64,000 bases of DNA from contig MU626273.1 of NCBI GenBank assembly GCA_025603075.1, forward strand, positions 129,479 through 193,478, read 5' to 3'. The stretch's first letter is position 1; each line of letters begins with the position of its first letter. Source of the stretch: Neoconidiobolus thromboides FSU 785 (lineage: Eukaryota; Fungi; Entomophthoromycota). This document shows positions 22,586 to 35,862 of this stretch, piece after piece. The notes beneath the pieces are model-generated. The model saw only the letters and a list, made by a program, of their open reading frames with translations. It made no database searches and was not told the DNA's origin. The position numbers and the translations under genes are program-made.

Positions 22586-22996
22586 ATATAATAATTTCAT
22601 GTAAAAATATACACCTTGCAATACCACATTACCTTTGGAGTAAGCCTCCCTAAAACCTTATGGTATTTTTTCTTTAGATTTTATAATACATTTATGAATA
22701 AAACTGTATAAAATAGATTCATTTATTCATTGTTATAATTTTAAATTTTTATAATTTTAACCACTTCGTATTTTATTAATAAATAGTTAATTATAAGGGT
22801 GAATGCTTGAACTAATTACAGCTATTTCAGCTCTATTACGATGTAAATGGCGATATCTTTTAGAACCAGTTATTTACTTAGGTGGCTTTTTTAGAGGCTG
22901 GTTCTTAAATTTGAGCTTAATTTTAGCTTAAATTTTATGTGTAAATGAACAATAAATTAAAGTGCAATAGAGTCACAATACCGATATCTTTAATGG

Positions 22997-23012
22997 CCAA
23001 TTAAGTAATTGG
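22997..23012. promoter_or_regulatory. Inverted CCAAT pair (CCAATTA-AG-TAATTGG) ~75 bp upstream of DID2
   Basis: Near-perfect palindrome read directly; function inferred only. Confidence 0.3.
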
Positions 23013-23087
23013 ATTGAGCTATGCCAAGGTTGAGTTCATTATTTAAATTGTAAATAATTTTTTAGTTTGCTAGTTTACTAATTTATA

Positions 23088-23903
23088 ATGTCAAATCTTG
23101 AAAGTAATAACTATATTGTAAAATAATAAATATACTAATTTCTAAAAGATAGCCTCTTTCAGTTAAAAGTAAGTCGTCAATTATGTGAAACGGATAATTT
23201 TGTCTAATAGCTTAGTTTACAGCCAAATCTTTAAACAGGCAATCAGCTAAAGCACTCCAAGAAGAAAAAAAACAAAAAACAAAATTAAAAAAGGTACTTT
23301 TAATTGACTATAATAGATACAAAAATAATATTAAATAGGCTTTACAATCCGGAAATATAGAAGGTGCGCGTATTCATGCTTCCGATGCCATTAGGAAAAA
23401 AAATGAGTCAATAAACCTTCAACAATTGGCGTCACGCATTGATGCTGTTTCTTCAAGAGTACAAACCGCTGTAACTATGAGAAGAGTAATACTTTTAATA
23501 AATAAATATTTAATTATATAACTATATATAGGTCACTAACTCAATGGGGAGTGTTGTAAAGGGAATGGACAGAGCCATGGAAAGTATGAATTTGGAAAAA
23601 ATTTCAGCTGTAATGGAAAAGTTTGAGTCTCAATTCGAAGATCTTGATGTACAAACTGCAACTATGGAAGCTTCAATGGGTGGAGCTACAGCTCTAACAA
23701 CACCGCAAGATGATGTAGAAGCTCTGATCCAACAAGTGGCTGATGAAAATGGATTAGAATTAGAAGCTGATTTGGCCAATGCCCCTAATGCAATGCCATC
23801 TTTAGCTAATCGTAATTCAACAAAAGTTGGTGTTCCTGTAGGTGCAGGTGGCTTTCAGGACGATGATTTAACAGCTCGCCTTGCAAAACTCCGCAACCCT
23901 TGA
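23088..23903 (+). CDS. DID2: ESCRT-III accessory Did2/Vps46/CHMP1, five exons
   Basis: Spliced [21 protein letters not shown]...DAIRKKNES...[33 protein letters not shown]...[11 protein letters not shown] (MIM). Confidence 0.95.
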
Positions 23904-24518
23904 CTATTCAGATATATTCAACTCGATAATATTCCTTTGATGATAAACCAGTATATGATTTAGAAGTGATCGTTTAACAAAAGGATTTGGAACTTTTATA
24001 TTAAATATAATAAACTCAATGATTTCATAAGATTCATTAGAACAACAATTTAGTCATTATGTTTATTTTGCTATTCTATATCGTGTTTTTGGGTTTCTTA
24101 AACACTAAGGCAAAATGTATTTGCAGAACCATTTAGATAATTTCATAGTATTTCTAATGTCGATTTATTTATGAACAAAGTAGTCAAGGTGTTTTGTATT
24201 TCATGGACTAAGGATGTAGTAATGAACTAATAAATACTACGAATAACTAGTACTTTAAATTTTAAGTGTCTAAAATAATTTGATCACAATAAACCTCTTA
24301 GAAGTAGAAATTGATAACGGCTTTTAACATATTACTATTATTGAAAAATATACGTTTGTCCTTTTACAAGGTATTTAAGATGTACACCAAATTGTATGCA
24401 AATAGATAATACTAATTAATAGCTTTAAAAAATATCTAATAAATGTTCTATTTTACTTCAAATAAAATCTAGTGTCTCTTACTTAATTTTGATAGTAAAA
24501 AACAAATCTAATCAAATT

Positions 24519-26354
24519 CTAATTTCTAGCTTCAAACTCATTATAAAGCCCCAGTGTTTCTAATGCCATCTCTTGTTTAAGTGCAGTCTTACTCTTATCA
24601 TTCCTAGCCAAGTCTAAAGACTCAAGGTACTCTTTTGATACGTCGCCGGTGATATAGCATCCATTAAAAACGGAAGTTTCAAATTCTGAAATCGAAGAAT
24701 TGAATTGTCTACAAGAAGCAACCAAGTCATCAAGATCCTAAAAAAGTTAGCATTCTAAAAAATAGAGTCAAATAAAATTACTTGGAATATAACTCTATCT
24801 GCTTTAATTTCTTCAGCTACCTCATCTACTGTACGGTTATGTGCTACCAACTCCCTAGAGGTAGGCATATCAATACCATAGACATTAGGGAATCTAAGTG
24901 GTGGCGCAGCGGACGCAAAATAAACCTTTTTAGCACCAGCTTCACGCGCCATTGATACAATTTCAGTACTAGTTGTACCTCTTACAATTGAATCATCAAC
25001 AATTAAAACGTTTTTGTCGTTGAATTCTAATGCCATGGCATTAAGCTTACGTCTAACTGATTTTTTCCTGGCTTCTTGACCAGGCATAATAAAAGTACGT
25101 CCAACATATCTATTCTTAACAAATGCCTCACGATACGAGATCTTTAAAGCTTTAGCTACTTCAAGAGCACATACTCTAGATGTTTCTGGAACTGGGATAA
25201 CGACATCTATATCATTATCAGGTCCTAATTCCTCTACAACCTTTTTGGCTAAAGCTTCCCCCATAGCCATTCTAGAGCGATAGACTGAAATACCATCAAT
25301 AGTAGAGTCTGGACGAGCAAAATAAACGTATTCAAATATACATGGAGTAAATGGTGCTTCTGGAGCCAAGATTCTTGAACTGAACTTCTCATGAGTAACA
25401 ATAATAGCTTCACCTTCATTGATTGTTAATTTAATATTATTATGTTATTAAAAACATTTTACCTTTTTTAACATCTTTTATATTATTAAATCCAATACAT
25501 TCAAGTGCTACACTTTCGGATGCAAAAGCATAATCTAATCCATGTGAAGTTTCTCTTGTACCGTAAACCAATGGTCGAATTCCATTTGGATCCCTAAATG
25601 CTAAAAGACCAAACCCGGCAATCATACCTAAACATGCAAATCCACCACTGCAAGTTTTTTGTACATGAGAAATGGCTTGAAATAGATCATCTTCATTTAT
25701 ACTATTTAAGTAAAAAATTGTTAAACACTATGTATTAAATATATAAATTGTTGTAATTACCGAGCCTTTCCAGTTTGTTGAAGAGCATCGGCTAAAATGT
25801 TGAGAAGCAATTCAGAGTCAGAATCTGTATTAATATGTCTGTGAGCTTCATGATCGAGATACTTTTTCAACCCTTTAGAATTTATCAAGTTACCATTCTA
25901 TTATTATTATTATAAAAATATTCAAAGTTCACAATTATGAGCTTACATGTGCTAAAACAAGACCATATGGGGAGTTAACATAAAAAGGTTGAGCTTCTGA
26001 ATTGCTTGATGTTCCTGCAGTTGGATATCTCACTTTTTTATTTATGAAATTAGTAATAGTAGAAATTCTTAAATTATTTTACCATGCCCAACTCCATAAC
26101 TACCAACTAAATTTAAAATGTCTTTTTGATCAAACACATCGCGTACCATACCATTGCCCTTACGTTGGTATAGTCTACCATGTCCACCACATGTGACAAT
26201 CCCTGCGGCATCCTATATTTATTTAAACTACTATTCCATGCAATGTTATAATGATTACTTGTCCACGATGTTGAAGGAAAGTTAAAGTTTCACATACTAA
26301 AGGAGAAGCAGAGCTTTCTTTATTAGCTAATAAAACTGCCGATATTCCACACAT
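24519..26354 (-). CDS. ADE4: Amidophosphoribosyltransferase (PurF), multi-exon
   Basis: Starts MCGI (catalytic Cys), [30 protein letters not shown] (PRPP loop), YGIDMP; lacks the Fe-S cysteines, as in the yeast/E. coli type. Confidence 0.96.
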
Positions 26355-27014
26355 TCTTCTAAAATCTTAATAAAAGTAACAAAGTTTTTTAACTAGTTTT
26401 ACTCTTGGATTATTAAATAATTTTTGATTTTATTCTAATAACCCTTTCAAATTTTGGGACTTTTATTATTTTCGAAATTTTAGAAAGCTAAATAAAAAGC
26501 GGTTAATGACTATAAATAGAAAGTATTCGAGGATACTTTATTTTATTGGCTTTATGTTTAGAATTATACCTTTGAATGGGTAGGTTAAAGGCGAGTATTA
26601 ACTAAGTTATAAGCTATTAGAAAGCAATTAGAAGTTACAAAAACTGTGTTAAACCTTAGCAAATTATGTATTTTGTTATATTTTAATATTTATCAAAGAA
26701 CAGGAGAGACAAGGTTTTCATAACAAGCCTAAATAAGTATATGATTTTAAGAGAAGGTGGTGACAGCCTCTGTGAGATTAAGCTCGTTTGATTGTCATGT
26801 TTTCCGTTTGTTACCTGGTTGACATTGTTCGCCTTATTGCTCTCACCTCCCAACTATATAATCTTATTTTGACTTTTTTAATAAATCCTTATACAAAAAA
26901 GTTGAAATTAATATTGTAATAAAATAATATTTTATGAACAATAAATATTTTTATAAATACTGTGATGTTTTATTTCAATAGTAACTAGAAAGGCCAATTA
27001 CTAATGTTTGTAAT

Positions 27015-27054
27015 AAAATCAGCAAAAAATCAGCAAAAAATCAGCAAAAAATCA
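27015..27054. repeat. Short tandem repeat (AAAAAATCAGC)x~3.5
   Basis: Read directly in the ADE4-HK2 intergenic region. Confidence 0.8.
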
Positions 27055-27405
27055 AAAGTTTTTAAAAAATTCAAATAGGACGAGTAAAGAACAAAAGTTT
27101 TTTAAGTAATTGTTGTAAGATGTATTTATTTGTGAGGATAATTTAAGAAACTTTTTTACACAAAAATTTGAATTTAATTTATATAATGAGTTAATTTCAA
27201 CTTTTCAAAATGACAGCCTTGAGATATTCTATGATGAAAGTGAATCAAAACTAAATAATCACCCCACCATAGTGAACTACGTTTGAGTATAAAAATGTTT
27301 GATTGAAAACACTTCTCAACTTTCTCTACATCATTAAAAATAAATAATAGTACCCTTATTTATTTCATATATATATCATAATTAAAAAATGTATACAATA
27401 GCAAA

Positions 27406-29957
27406 TTAAACCGAACTAGCAGCTATAGGAGCATTAAGATTCAATGCTGATATGTTGTTATTATTGTTATTATTAGTATTATTGGTGGTATCGTTATTAT
27501 TATTGAGTTGATTTAACCATTTTGTCAATACATTTTGAAAGGTGTTATATGTTACTGGCTTTGATATATGATCATTCATGCCTATAGACTGATGATATTT
27601 ACGATCAGACAACAGTGTGTTTGCTGAAACAGAAATTATTATCTGTTCTTGATCAATTTCTCTTATCTTTTGACATACTGTGTCTCCATCCATCTTAGGC
27701 ATACTTTGATCTAATAAGATAATATCATAATAACCAACTGGATGACTGTTATATTCGTTAAGTGCCATTTCTCCATCCACTGCTAAAAAGTAGTCAACGC
27801 CGCCCATCTTATCTAAGAACCTCTTGAGGATTGCTTGGTTTATGGGATTATCTTCAGCTAATAACAATCGAATCCTATTGCTACTGACACTTTTTTCAGC
27901 TTCCGCTTTTTTAATTTTTCTGTTGTTTTTGAGTTTATTTAATTTCGAGTTATTTAATTTTTTTTTAGGGCCATCAACGGCTGGTTTCTCTTCTTTCTTA
28001 ATCCCCGTTTTTTGTATAACAACAGGTGATTCATAAAGCGTATAAAATTCAAATTTACTTTCACCAACTGGGGAACTTGTTTGGGACCTTGGTGACTCTA
28101 CATTAAAATCGGGACTTAAGGAATCTATTTTAAAGTTCAAAGAGACTTTTGTTCCTTTACCAACGGTGCTTTCAATCATAATGTCACCTTCCATCATATC
28201 TAACAATGACTTCGTAATTGCTAGTCCCAGACCTGAACCACCAAACAATCTTCTGTTACTTGAATCTCCCTGAACCCATGGGGTAAATAATTTTGGGAGG
28301 ATGTCAGGTTCAATTCCTATTCCCGTATCTATTATAGAAAATGACAAGTTACGTTTATTGTTTTCGTCTAAAAAGTGATTCATATCAAACTTGACAGTTC
28401 CTTGATCTGTAAATTTAATAGCATTTGAAGTCACGTTAATTAATATTTGCAAAATACGCATAGAGTCTCCTATAGCTTTCATTTCTTCTTCAACAATTTT
28501 ATACTCAAAATTGATTTTTTTGCGCTCTGCCGCCTTCTTAACAGTAGTAACAAATAAGTTTAAAGAACGCTTTAAAGAGAATGGCTCAAGGTTAAGCTCC
28601 AGTTTACCAGCTTCAATTCTTGAGAAATCTAAAATATCTTGTACGACAGCCATCTATATTGTTAAGTAAACATAAACTAAAATTATTAATATTTTACCAT
28701 TAATTTAGCAGAACCATCAATATTTTCAATGTATTCCTTTTGTAGTTCACTTATTTCAGTATCTAATAGCAAACACGTATTCCCAACAATACCAAATAGC
28801 TTTAAATAATTAATGCTTGTATTTTTTAAGAGATGATTATATTACCGGAGTCCTAATTTCATGAGACATCATTGACAAAAAAGCAGATTTTAATTTCGAA
28901 GATTCAATGGCCAGCTTTTCAAGTGCAATGAGACTTTGTTTTTCTTCTTCAGCTTCTTTTAAATCATGAATATCTAAAATAAGATAAGTATATGTTAGAC
29001 TGCGATATGTTGTGTCTTACCAACAGCATTAACAATGTATTTAAGCAAATGTCCTTTTTCGTTTAAGATAGGAGTAGCTTGGAAGAAATGCCAACGGTAA
29101 TCGTCATAACTGTAATTTTCGTTACTGTGTAACCTATTTTGATTTCCATATCTTACTTCCAAAGAAAAGGTTGTTCGTTTCTATAAATTAGCTTAGTTTT
29201 TATTTTTAGAATTAAAATTAAATTACTTGAAAGTTCTCAGACCACATTGGATAGAACCATTGTACATCGTCAGGATGGATACAGTCCTTTAAATTAATTT
29301 TAATGATATGTGATTAGTATAATGTATTACCCCCCAACCCTCACTGATAGTGTTTACACCAAAAGTCTCCAATACCTTGGTATTTTGGTAATGTACATCT
29401 CCTTGGTTGCCCATGATCCATATCATACTTGGAAGAGTATCCGCCATCTGAGAAAACTCGTGTAAAAGTCTTTTATCAAGTTCAGGCTCGCTTGTTGGGT
29501 CTATAATTGATAGTTCAGACTTGTCGCCGTCCTGGTTGCTTTCATTAATACGGTCAATAACTTGAACTGTGCCTTTTTCTGGGATGACTTTAATCAATGG
29601 TATATCTCTTATGCCAATCGAATAATATGTTTGGTCTTCAATCTTCCAATCCTTTACTTTCACTACAGCTGTTTGTCTTACATTTTTATAATTTTTGACA
29701 TTAGCAAAACATAAGTTCATAATTCGAGCCTTTCTTATATTTCCAGTAACTTCATCCTTAACTTTACTAGGACTGAAATGCTTTTGAATCATTTCATCAT
29801 TGGTAAGCTGAAGGAATTCCTCTTTGCTTTGATACTCAAATAATTCCAAAGCTCGCTCATTTACTAGGATTGGATTCGTTGCACTGCATAGTATAAGTGG
29901 TTCAAAGGTTGATGCAGAGAATATGCTAGCAACTAGACTTAAGCAGCAGTTATTCAT
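27406..29957 (-). CDS. Hybrid histidine kinase 2, paralog of HK1, multi-exon
   Basis: MMSHEIRTP, TSNAIKFT, DTGIGI, GGSGLGL, AEDNPIN, LLDQSMP, HISKP; shares the N-terminal segment VKVKDW...YYSIGI with HK1. Confidence 0.93.
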
Positions 29958-30573
29958 AGTACTTAAATCTTTTAAGAAGAAATATAATATTTTTGAAGCT
30001 AAATAGATTTATTTCACTTGTAAACTTTTATATAGAAAAGAAGCCTTAAGTTTCGATCTCTATTAAACAAAATTTAGATTTCAGGATCGTAAATTTAGGA
30101 GCAAATCATAGTTTAATTGGAATAACTTAGCTATGGATCGCAAATTTGTGGTTAGATTTAAAGCTAATATGAACTTTACAGGGAATTAAAACTCAGATTG
30201 TATGCCTAAGTCCATGTTTACCCGAGTTCCTATTTTTTTGTAATGAGTTTAAAATAGTTGTAATGATTATTTAAAAAAAAAATCTATTCAACATTGTAGT
30301 ATTACTATTTTTATATATATATTAAAGATTAAATTGGTTTAGAAAATATAGTGTGCTTTTTTTGAGGTAGTTCATCCCAAAGTAAAGTTTTAGAGTATAT
30401 TATTATATTAAAAAAATTTTGACTTATTAAATTTAGTGATGTTTTATTGGTTAAGAAACAAATATATCAAACCAAATTAATGATTTAGTGTAAATTGATG
30501 CAGAACCCAGAACCTTATTTAGTTTGAGAATTGTATACTAATTATTACTACTAACTCAATCTAAGCATAATAT

Positions 30574-30655
30574 GGGCATTTTAATTTTAAATCTGCTGAG
30601 CTTTTTTATTGATTTTTCCTATTTTTGTGTTAAAAAGGACAAAATTAAAGTGCCC
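30574..30655. mobile_element. Candidate second MITE (GGGCA-type TIR)
   Basis: GGGCATTTTAATTTT ... AAAATTAAAGTGCCC (15-bp inverted repeat, 1 mismatch); flanks ATAT/ACAT; only one copy seen. Confidence 0.55.
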
Positions 30656-30948
30656 ACATTACGTTTAAATTAAGTCAATAGTTCAATTATTATCAAAGAA
30701 TGATTGTTATCTTTACAATTCTGATTAAAAAACTTTTTTAAAGCTTATTTTTTGTTTTTATTTTTTTCAAATAATTAGTCTTTTTAATTATGTTTTATGT
30801 TATTTTTATCAAGTATTTAATAGATACATAATATATAAATATATAGCTGTTTAACTCTACTTTTTACCAAAATAAAAGCAAAATGTAAACTTTATAATTA
30901 AACTTTAAATTTTGAAAAATTCTAATTTAGCAAGAAAAAGCACATTAT

Positions 30949-31043
30949 GGGATGTTTTTTTGTGTTTAAGAATTTTACTAACAATCTTTCTATTCAAATA
31001 GCGCTTAAAAAATGGAAAAATAATGAAATCAAAAAACATCCCC
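30949..31043 (-). mobile_element. MITE family 1, copy g
   Basis: GGGATGT...ACATCCCC; non-palindromic TSD TTAT/TTAT. Confidence 0.9.
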
Positions 31044-31356
31044 TTATACAAACATTATAATTCATTTGCAATAATTTTGAGAACTATTTATAATAACCCA
31101 AAATTTATAGAATTTTGTAATAAAATATCAAAGTTTATTATTGATGAAATTCTTAAAAAAAGGCATCCCTATATATTAAATAATTTTAAAAATGCAATAA
31201 AGAAAAGCAAATTCATATAATATCATGCTCAATATATAGTTAAAAAAAGTTATTTAATAAAATAAACATAATTACAAAAAATAACAAAATAATAAACAAA
31301 GTTTATTTTAACTATTTATTTAAAATATCAAATCATAACTTACCATATGGGGATAT

Positions 31357-31454
31357 GGGAATGTATTTTTGTACCTAACAATTTTACTAACAATTTTTCC
31401 GCTTAAATAGTGCTTAAAAAATATAAAAATAATGAAGTCAAAAAAAACAGGCCC
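31357..31454 (-). mobile_element. MITE family 1, copy h (left end duplicated: ATATGGGG-ATATGGGA)
   Basis: Consensus internal sequence; TSD ATAT/ATAT. Confidence 0.88.
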
Positions 31455-32352
31455 ATATACAAAACTGCTTGATTTCTGCAACTTTTTAAATAAAAGCTTC
31501 CTTATTAGATCAATTGAAAGATCAATCCCAGCTTATTTTACAAAAATTATAAAAATTTTAATATTAACTAAGCAAGTAATTTAGTTTATTAAATGATAAA
31601 TCAATTATTAGTAGTTAAGTTAGTAAATAATTAAAAAGTAAAGTGCTACAGTAATAAATAGGAGCTATTATCATATTGCTTGGATTATATAAAGATATTT
31701 ATGATTTTGGGGCTAATAACCCCCTTCTATGCAGCTATTTATTAACTTAGTAATATATCAATAACGTAATTATAATATTAAAGTTGTCTACTGATTTGAT
31801 AATAAATGTATAATATTAACTACAAAGTAGTCAATAATAAATATTCCTTAATAAAACTTTATATTAACAGTATTTATTTACATATTACAACTTTAATCAA
31901 TATCAGTATACAAGTTATGAGTAAAAGTCTTTCTAATCCGGGAATTTTTATTAAATTTAATAAAAATCCTGCTAATTTATAATATAAATTATTAAAATAA
32001 CTCAAAATTATCCCAGATACTTTTGCTCTCTAATAGAAACTTGTGGTTAAAAATAAATAGGGATATCCGAATTGGTTTCATTTTTACCTAATTTTTAAAT
32101 ATTTCGTATTTTAGAAACTACTTGAAATTTTATAAAAACAAATAGTTCTAAAATAGAAAAAAATTCCGCTACGAAAAATATCATAGCCAAAAAGTCTCGC
32201 CCAAAAAAACCAAAGCAAAAAGCATTCACAATAAAAAGTCGCAACCAAAAAAGTCCAAAGTCTAAAGCTTAGGAATTAGCCAATAAGATTTAAAGAGAAA
32301 AAAAGGACGATTTGATGATTTATAGATTAAAATATCTTATTTTTTTATTAAA

Positions 32353-35103
32353 ATGAATATAAATAAATTACTATTAGCTCAAAAAGTTAGTAGTTTTCCA
32401 TTTTTAAATAATAGTAAATATGCCACAAAATCAATTACAAAGAACCGTTTATTAAAAAATAGTTTGTTAAATACCAGAAATAACACTTACATTGGGACTT
32501 CAAAAATAAACAATAAAAGTATTGTATCTTCAAAATGGACTAAAAATAGCTCAATAATACAAAGGAGTCAACTTTCATATACAGCTATACCAAAATTCCT
32601 CTTTAGAACTTTAAGAATGCCCACTGCATTTTTAGGTGTTGGAGCAGGTACAGCTGGGTATTTGAACTATAAAATACATGGTAATTTTATTTATTATACA
32701 TATTATTTTTTAAACTTATTTGATAAAAGAGGCAACAAAGAGCATTATACCAGACTGGGTATCAGAAACATTTCAAGAGGTAGGATCATTTTTAAATCAG
32801 GCTAGGAAAGATACAAATCAATTATTTGATGATGCCGAAGCTTATTTTGATCACCTTTTTTCTTCAGAACCAAACAATGGAACAGATAGCGAGTTTACAA
32901 TGAATAATGACAATGCAAACAATCAACTAAATAATTACAATAATGATAATTCATATACTCCAATTAATTACGCAGACGATGATGACGAAGAGGAGGATGA
33001 AGAAGAAGAAGAGAAGAAGCGCAAACCTAATAAAAGAAGAAAGAAGCAAGATGTCGATGAAAATTTTTCACCTTTAATAAGAAAATTGATAGAAATTCGG
33101 GCCATTTTAAAATCAGTTAATCACCATTCTTTGCATTTACCTTCCATTGTTGTAATAGGCTCTCAATCTTCTGGAAAGTCGTCAGTTTTGGAGGCTATTG
33201 TTGGGAGAGAGTTTTTACCAAAGTAAGCTTTATTTTTGATTTATTAATTAAATAATAATATTGTAGGGGAACCAATATGGTTACTAGGAGACCTATTGAG
33301 TTAACACTTGTACATTCTCCAGAATTAAATGAAGAGTATGGAGTAATATCACAGGTGGGAAAAACCAAGTTTCATGATTTTGAAGATATCAAAAAGCATT
33401 TAACAAAGCTAAATATGGAAGTATCTTCAAGCGATTGTGTATCGGATGATCCAATAGAATTAAAGATTTATTCACCTTCGGTTCCAGATTTAACTTTAAT
33501 TGATCTACCGGGTTACATTCAAATTCATACCAAAGATCAACCAAGAGATTTGAGATCAAAGATATCAGATTTATGTCATAAATACATAAGCAAGAATAAC
33601 ATTATATTGGCAGTAAGTCCAGCGGATGTTGATTTAGCCAATTCTGAAGCTTTATTGGCAAGTAGAAGAGTAGATCCAAAAGGAAGTAGAACTATTGGTG
33701 TAATAACCAAGATGGATTTGGTAGACCCAGTGCTTGGTGCAGCTATATTGGAAAATAGAGATTATCCTTTAAAATTAGGGTATATAGGAGTTGTTTGTAA
33801 ACAGCCACCAAAGACTGGACTCTCTTCGATAATATCAAGCAAAAATAGTGATTACTTTTCAAACTATGGTATATTCGCAACAAGAAAATTAAGGGTGGGA
33901 GTACCAACGCTAAGGACTACCTTGATAAATGTATTAGAAGAAAAAATGAGTAAGAATATTGAACGACTTTACGAGCAAGTTTTGGTTGAATTAGAAGAAG
34001 TCCGATATCAATATAAAGTAGAATATAATGATCGATTGATTACTGCAGAATCCTATGTTGCAGATTCTTTAGATATCCTTAAACATCGTTTTAAAAACTT
34101 TGCCAATTCATTTGGAAAACAACAAATAAAGGATCAAATTCAAAGCGTAATGGAACAAAAAGTATTAGATGTTTGCGCAAGAGTTTATTGGTCAGACCCG
34201 TTATTAATTAATATGAATCGAGAAAGTATTAAAGATTCACATTGGGTTGCAAAGCTTGATCGTGCAGCTTCGTTATTGACTAAAAGTGGTGTAGGAAAAT
34301 TATCGACTCAAATGGTAGTGGATACCTTAATGCGTAATATGGATTTGATATCTAGGGATGAGCCATTTATTCACCATGATGATATGAGACGTAAAATCAT
34401 TCAATTCTCAAATGCTATTGTAAAATCAAAATATAAAAGTACGGTTGATCAAGTAGAAAATACAATTAAACCTTATAAATATGAAGTAGATTGTAATCAA
34501 CAAGAATGGGATGAATCCAGAACAAAAACAATTTCATTGTTAAAATCGGAGATTTTGATGTGTGACTCTTCATTAGCTAAAATTAAACAAACGGTTGGAT
34601 CATCGAAATTAAAAGAAGCTATCAATTACATAAATGCAAAAGAAGATAAGAAAGAATACGATGACGCAGCTAATGAATTTGAAGAAGCTGTACAGCCACA
34701 TTTTAATCCAAAACTTTTAGAGAAAGCAAATGAAGCTATATGGTTAAGAAATCGACGACTTGCACTTAAATTTAGATTAGCCATGACCAAGAGCCGAACA
34801 TGCCGCTCCTCTTCAAATAAAATCATATGCCCCGAAATTTATTTACAAATGGTAGGGTCGAAGCTGACGTCAACAGCAGTTATGTTTATACAGGTAGAAT
34901 TATTAAATGAGGTTTTCTTCCAGTTTCCTAGAGAGGTGGATACCCACTTGTTATATTATGACTTGACTAAAGAACAAATTCAACAGTTTGCCAATCAAAA
35001 TCCTAAGGTCTCTCGTCAGCTTCAGCTAAAAGATGCTAGAGCTAGCTTAGAGTTAGCCGCTAGCAAACTAAGTTATATGCTTGAAAACTTTGAGGAATTG
35101 TAA
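32353..35103 (+). CDS. MGM1: Mitochondrial dynamin-like GTPase Mgm1; join(32353..32680,32730..33222,33267..35103)
   Basis: Basic presequence plus TM ([15 protein letters not shown]), G1 [25 protein letters not shown]; introns preserve frame. Confidence 0.95.
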
Positions 35104-35862
35104 GAATATGGGTTAAATTTTAATATACCAGATTGATTATCATTAGTTCTTTAGAATCAAAGTATTTTAAATATTAAATTAATTTTAAAAGTTTAAATTG
35201 ATTTTCCTTATTTTGGTTTTAATTTTAATCTCTTTAATATTCCGTGTAAATGCATTTCTATATGAACTAACAATTTCACAAAATATCAATCAAAATTGTT
35301 CTAGATTTATATTAAATAATAAATAATAAAGATTTCTCATGGTTCTTTTATCACCATTCATTTATTTATCAACATTACTGATATCATATACCTTCAACGG
35401 GTTGAATACAATATATAACGGTGAAATATTACTATTGTTTTTAATTTGCGGTAAATTTATAATTAAAGTTATAGTAATTTAAAACTTTTGCTTATATTAA
35501 CTTTTTTATAGAAATAAACATATCTTATTATTATTATTATTATTTGTAAACAAGGACAATTAAACATATTTTATTATTGGATTCAATAACAGATTGTAGT
35601 TTAATAATAGGCTTTATTATTCTTTAAGACAAATCAATTTAATTATTATGCTCATTCATCTAATTAAAAAGTTAAATGCCAGAAGAATAGCTTGCATAAT
35701 AAAGTTTAGTACAGTAACTTTAATCAGAATATTATTTTTTTAAAGGCTGAGAATTGTAGAATATTAAATTGAAAAAATGACATGGGCTTTAAAAAATAAG
35801 TATAAAAAAGTTAAACTAACTCTTAAATGCTACAATAATAATAATAGTAATAAACATTTAAA

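Noticed and set aside
22394-22591. 65-aa ORF (also 31023..31220)
   Set aside because: Overlaps MITE copies; non-coding composition.
27225-27310. Box C-like ATGATGA suggesting a C/D snoRNA
   Set aside because: No box D (CTGA) or terminal stem at a suitable distance.
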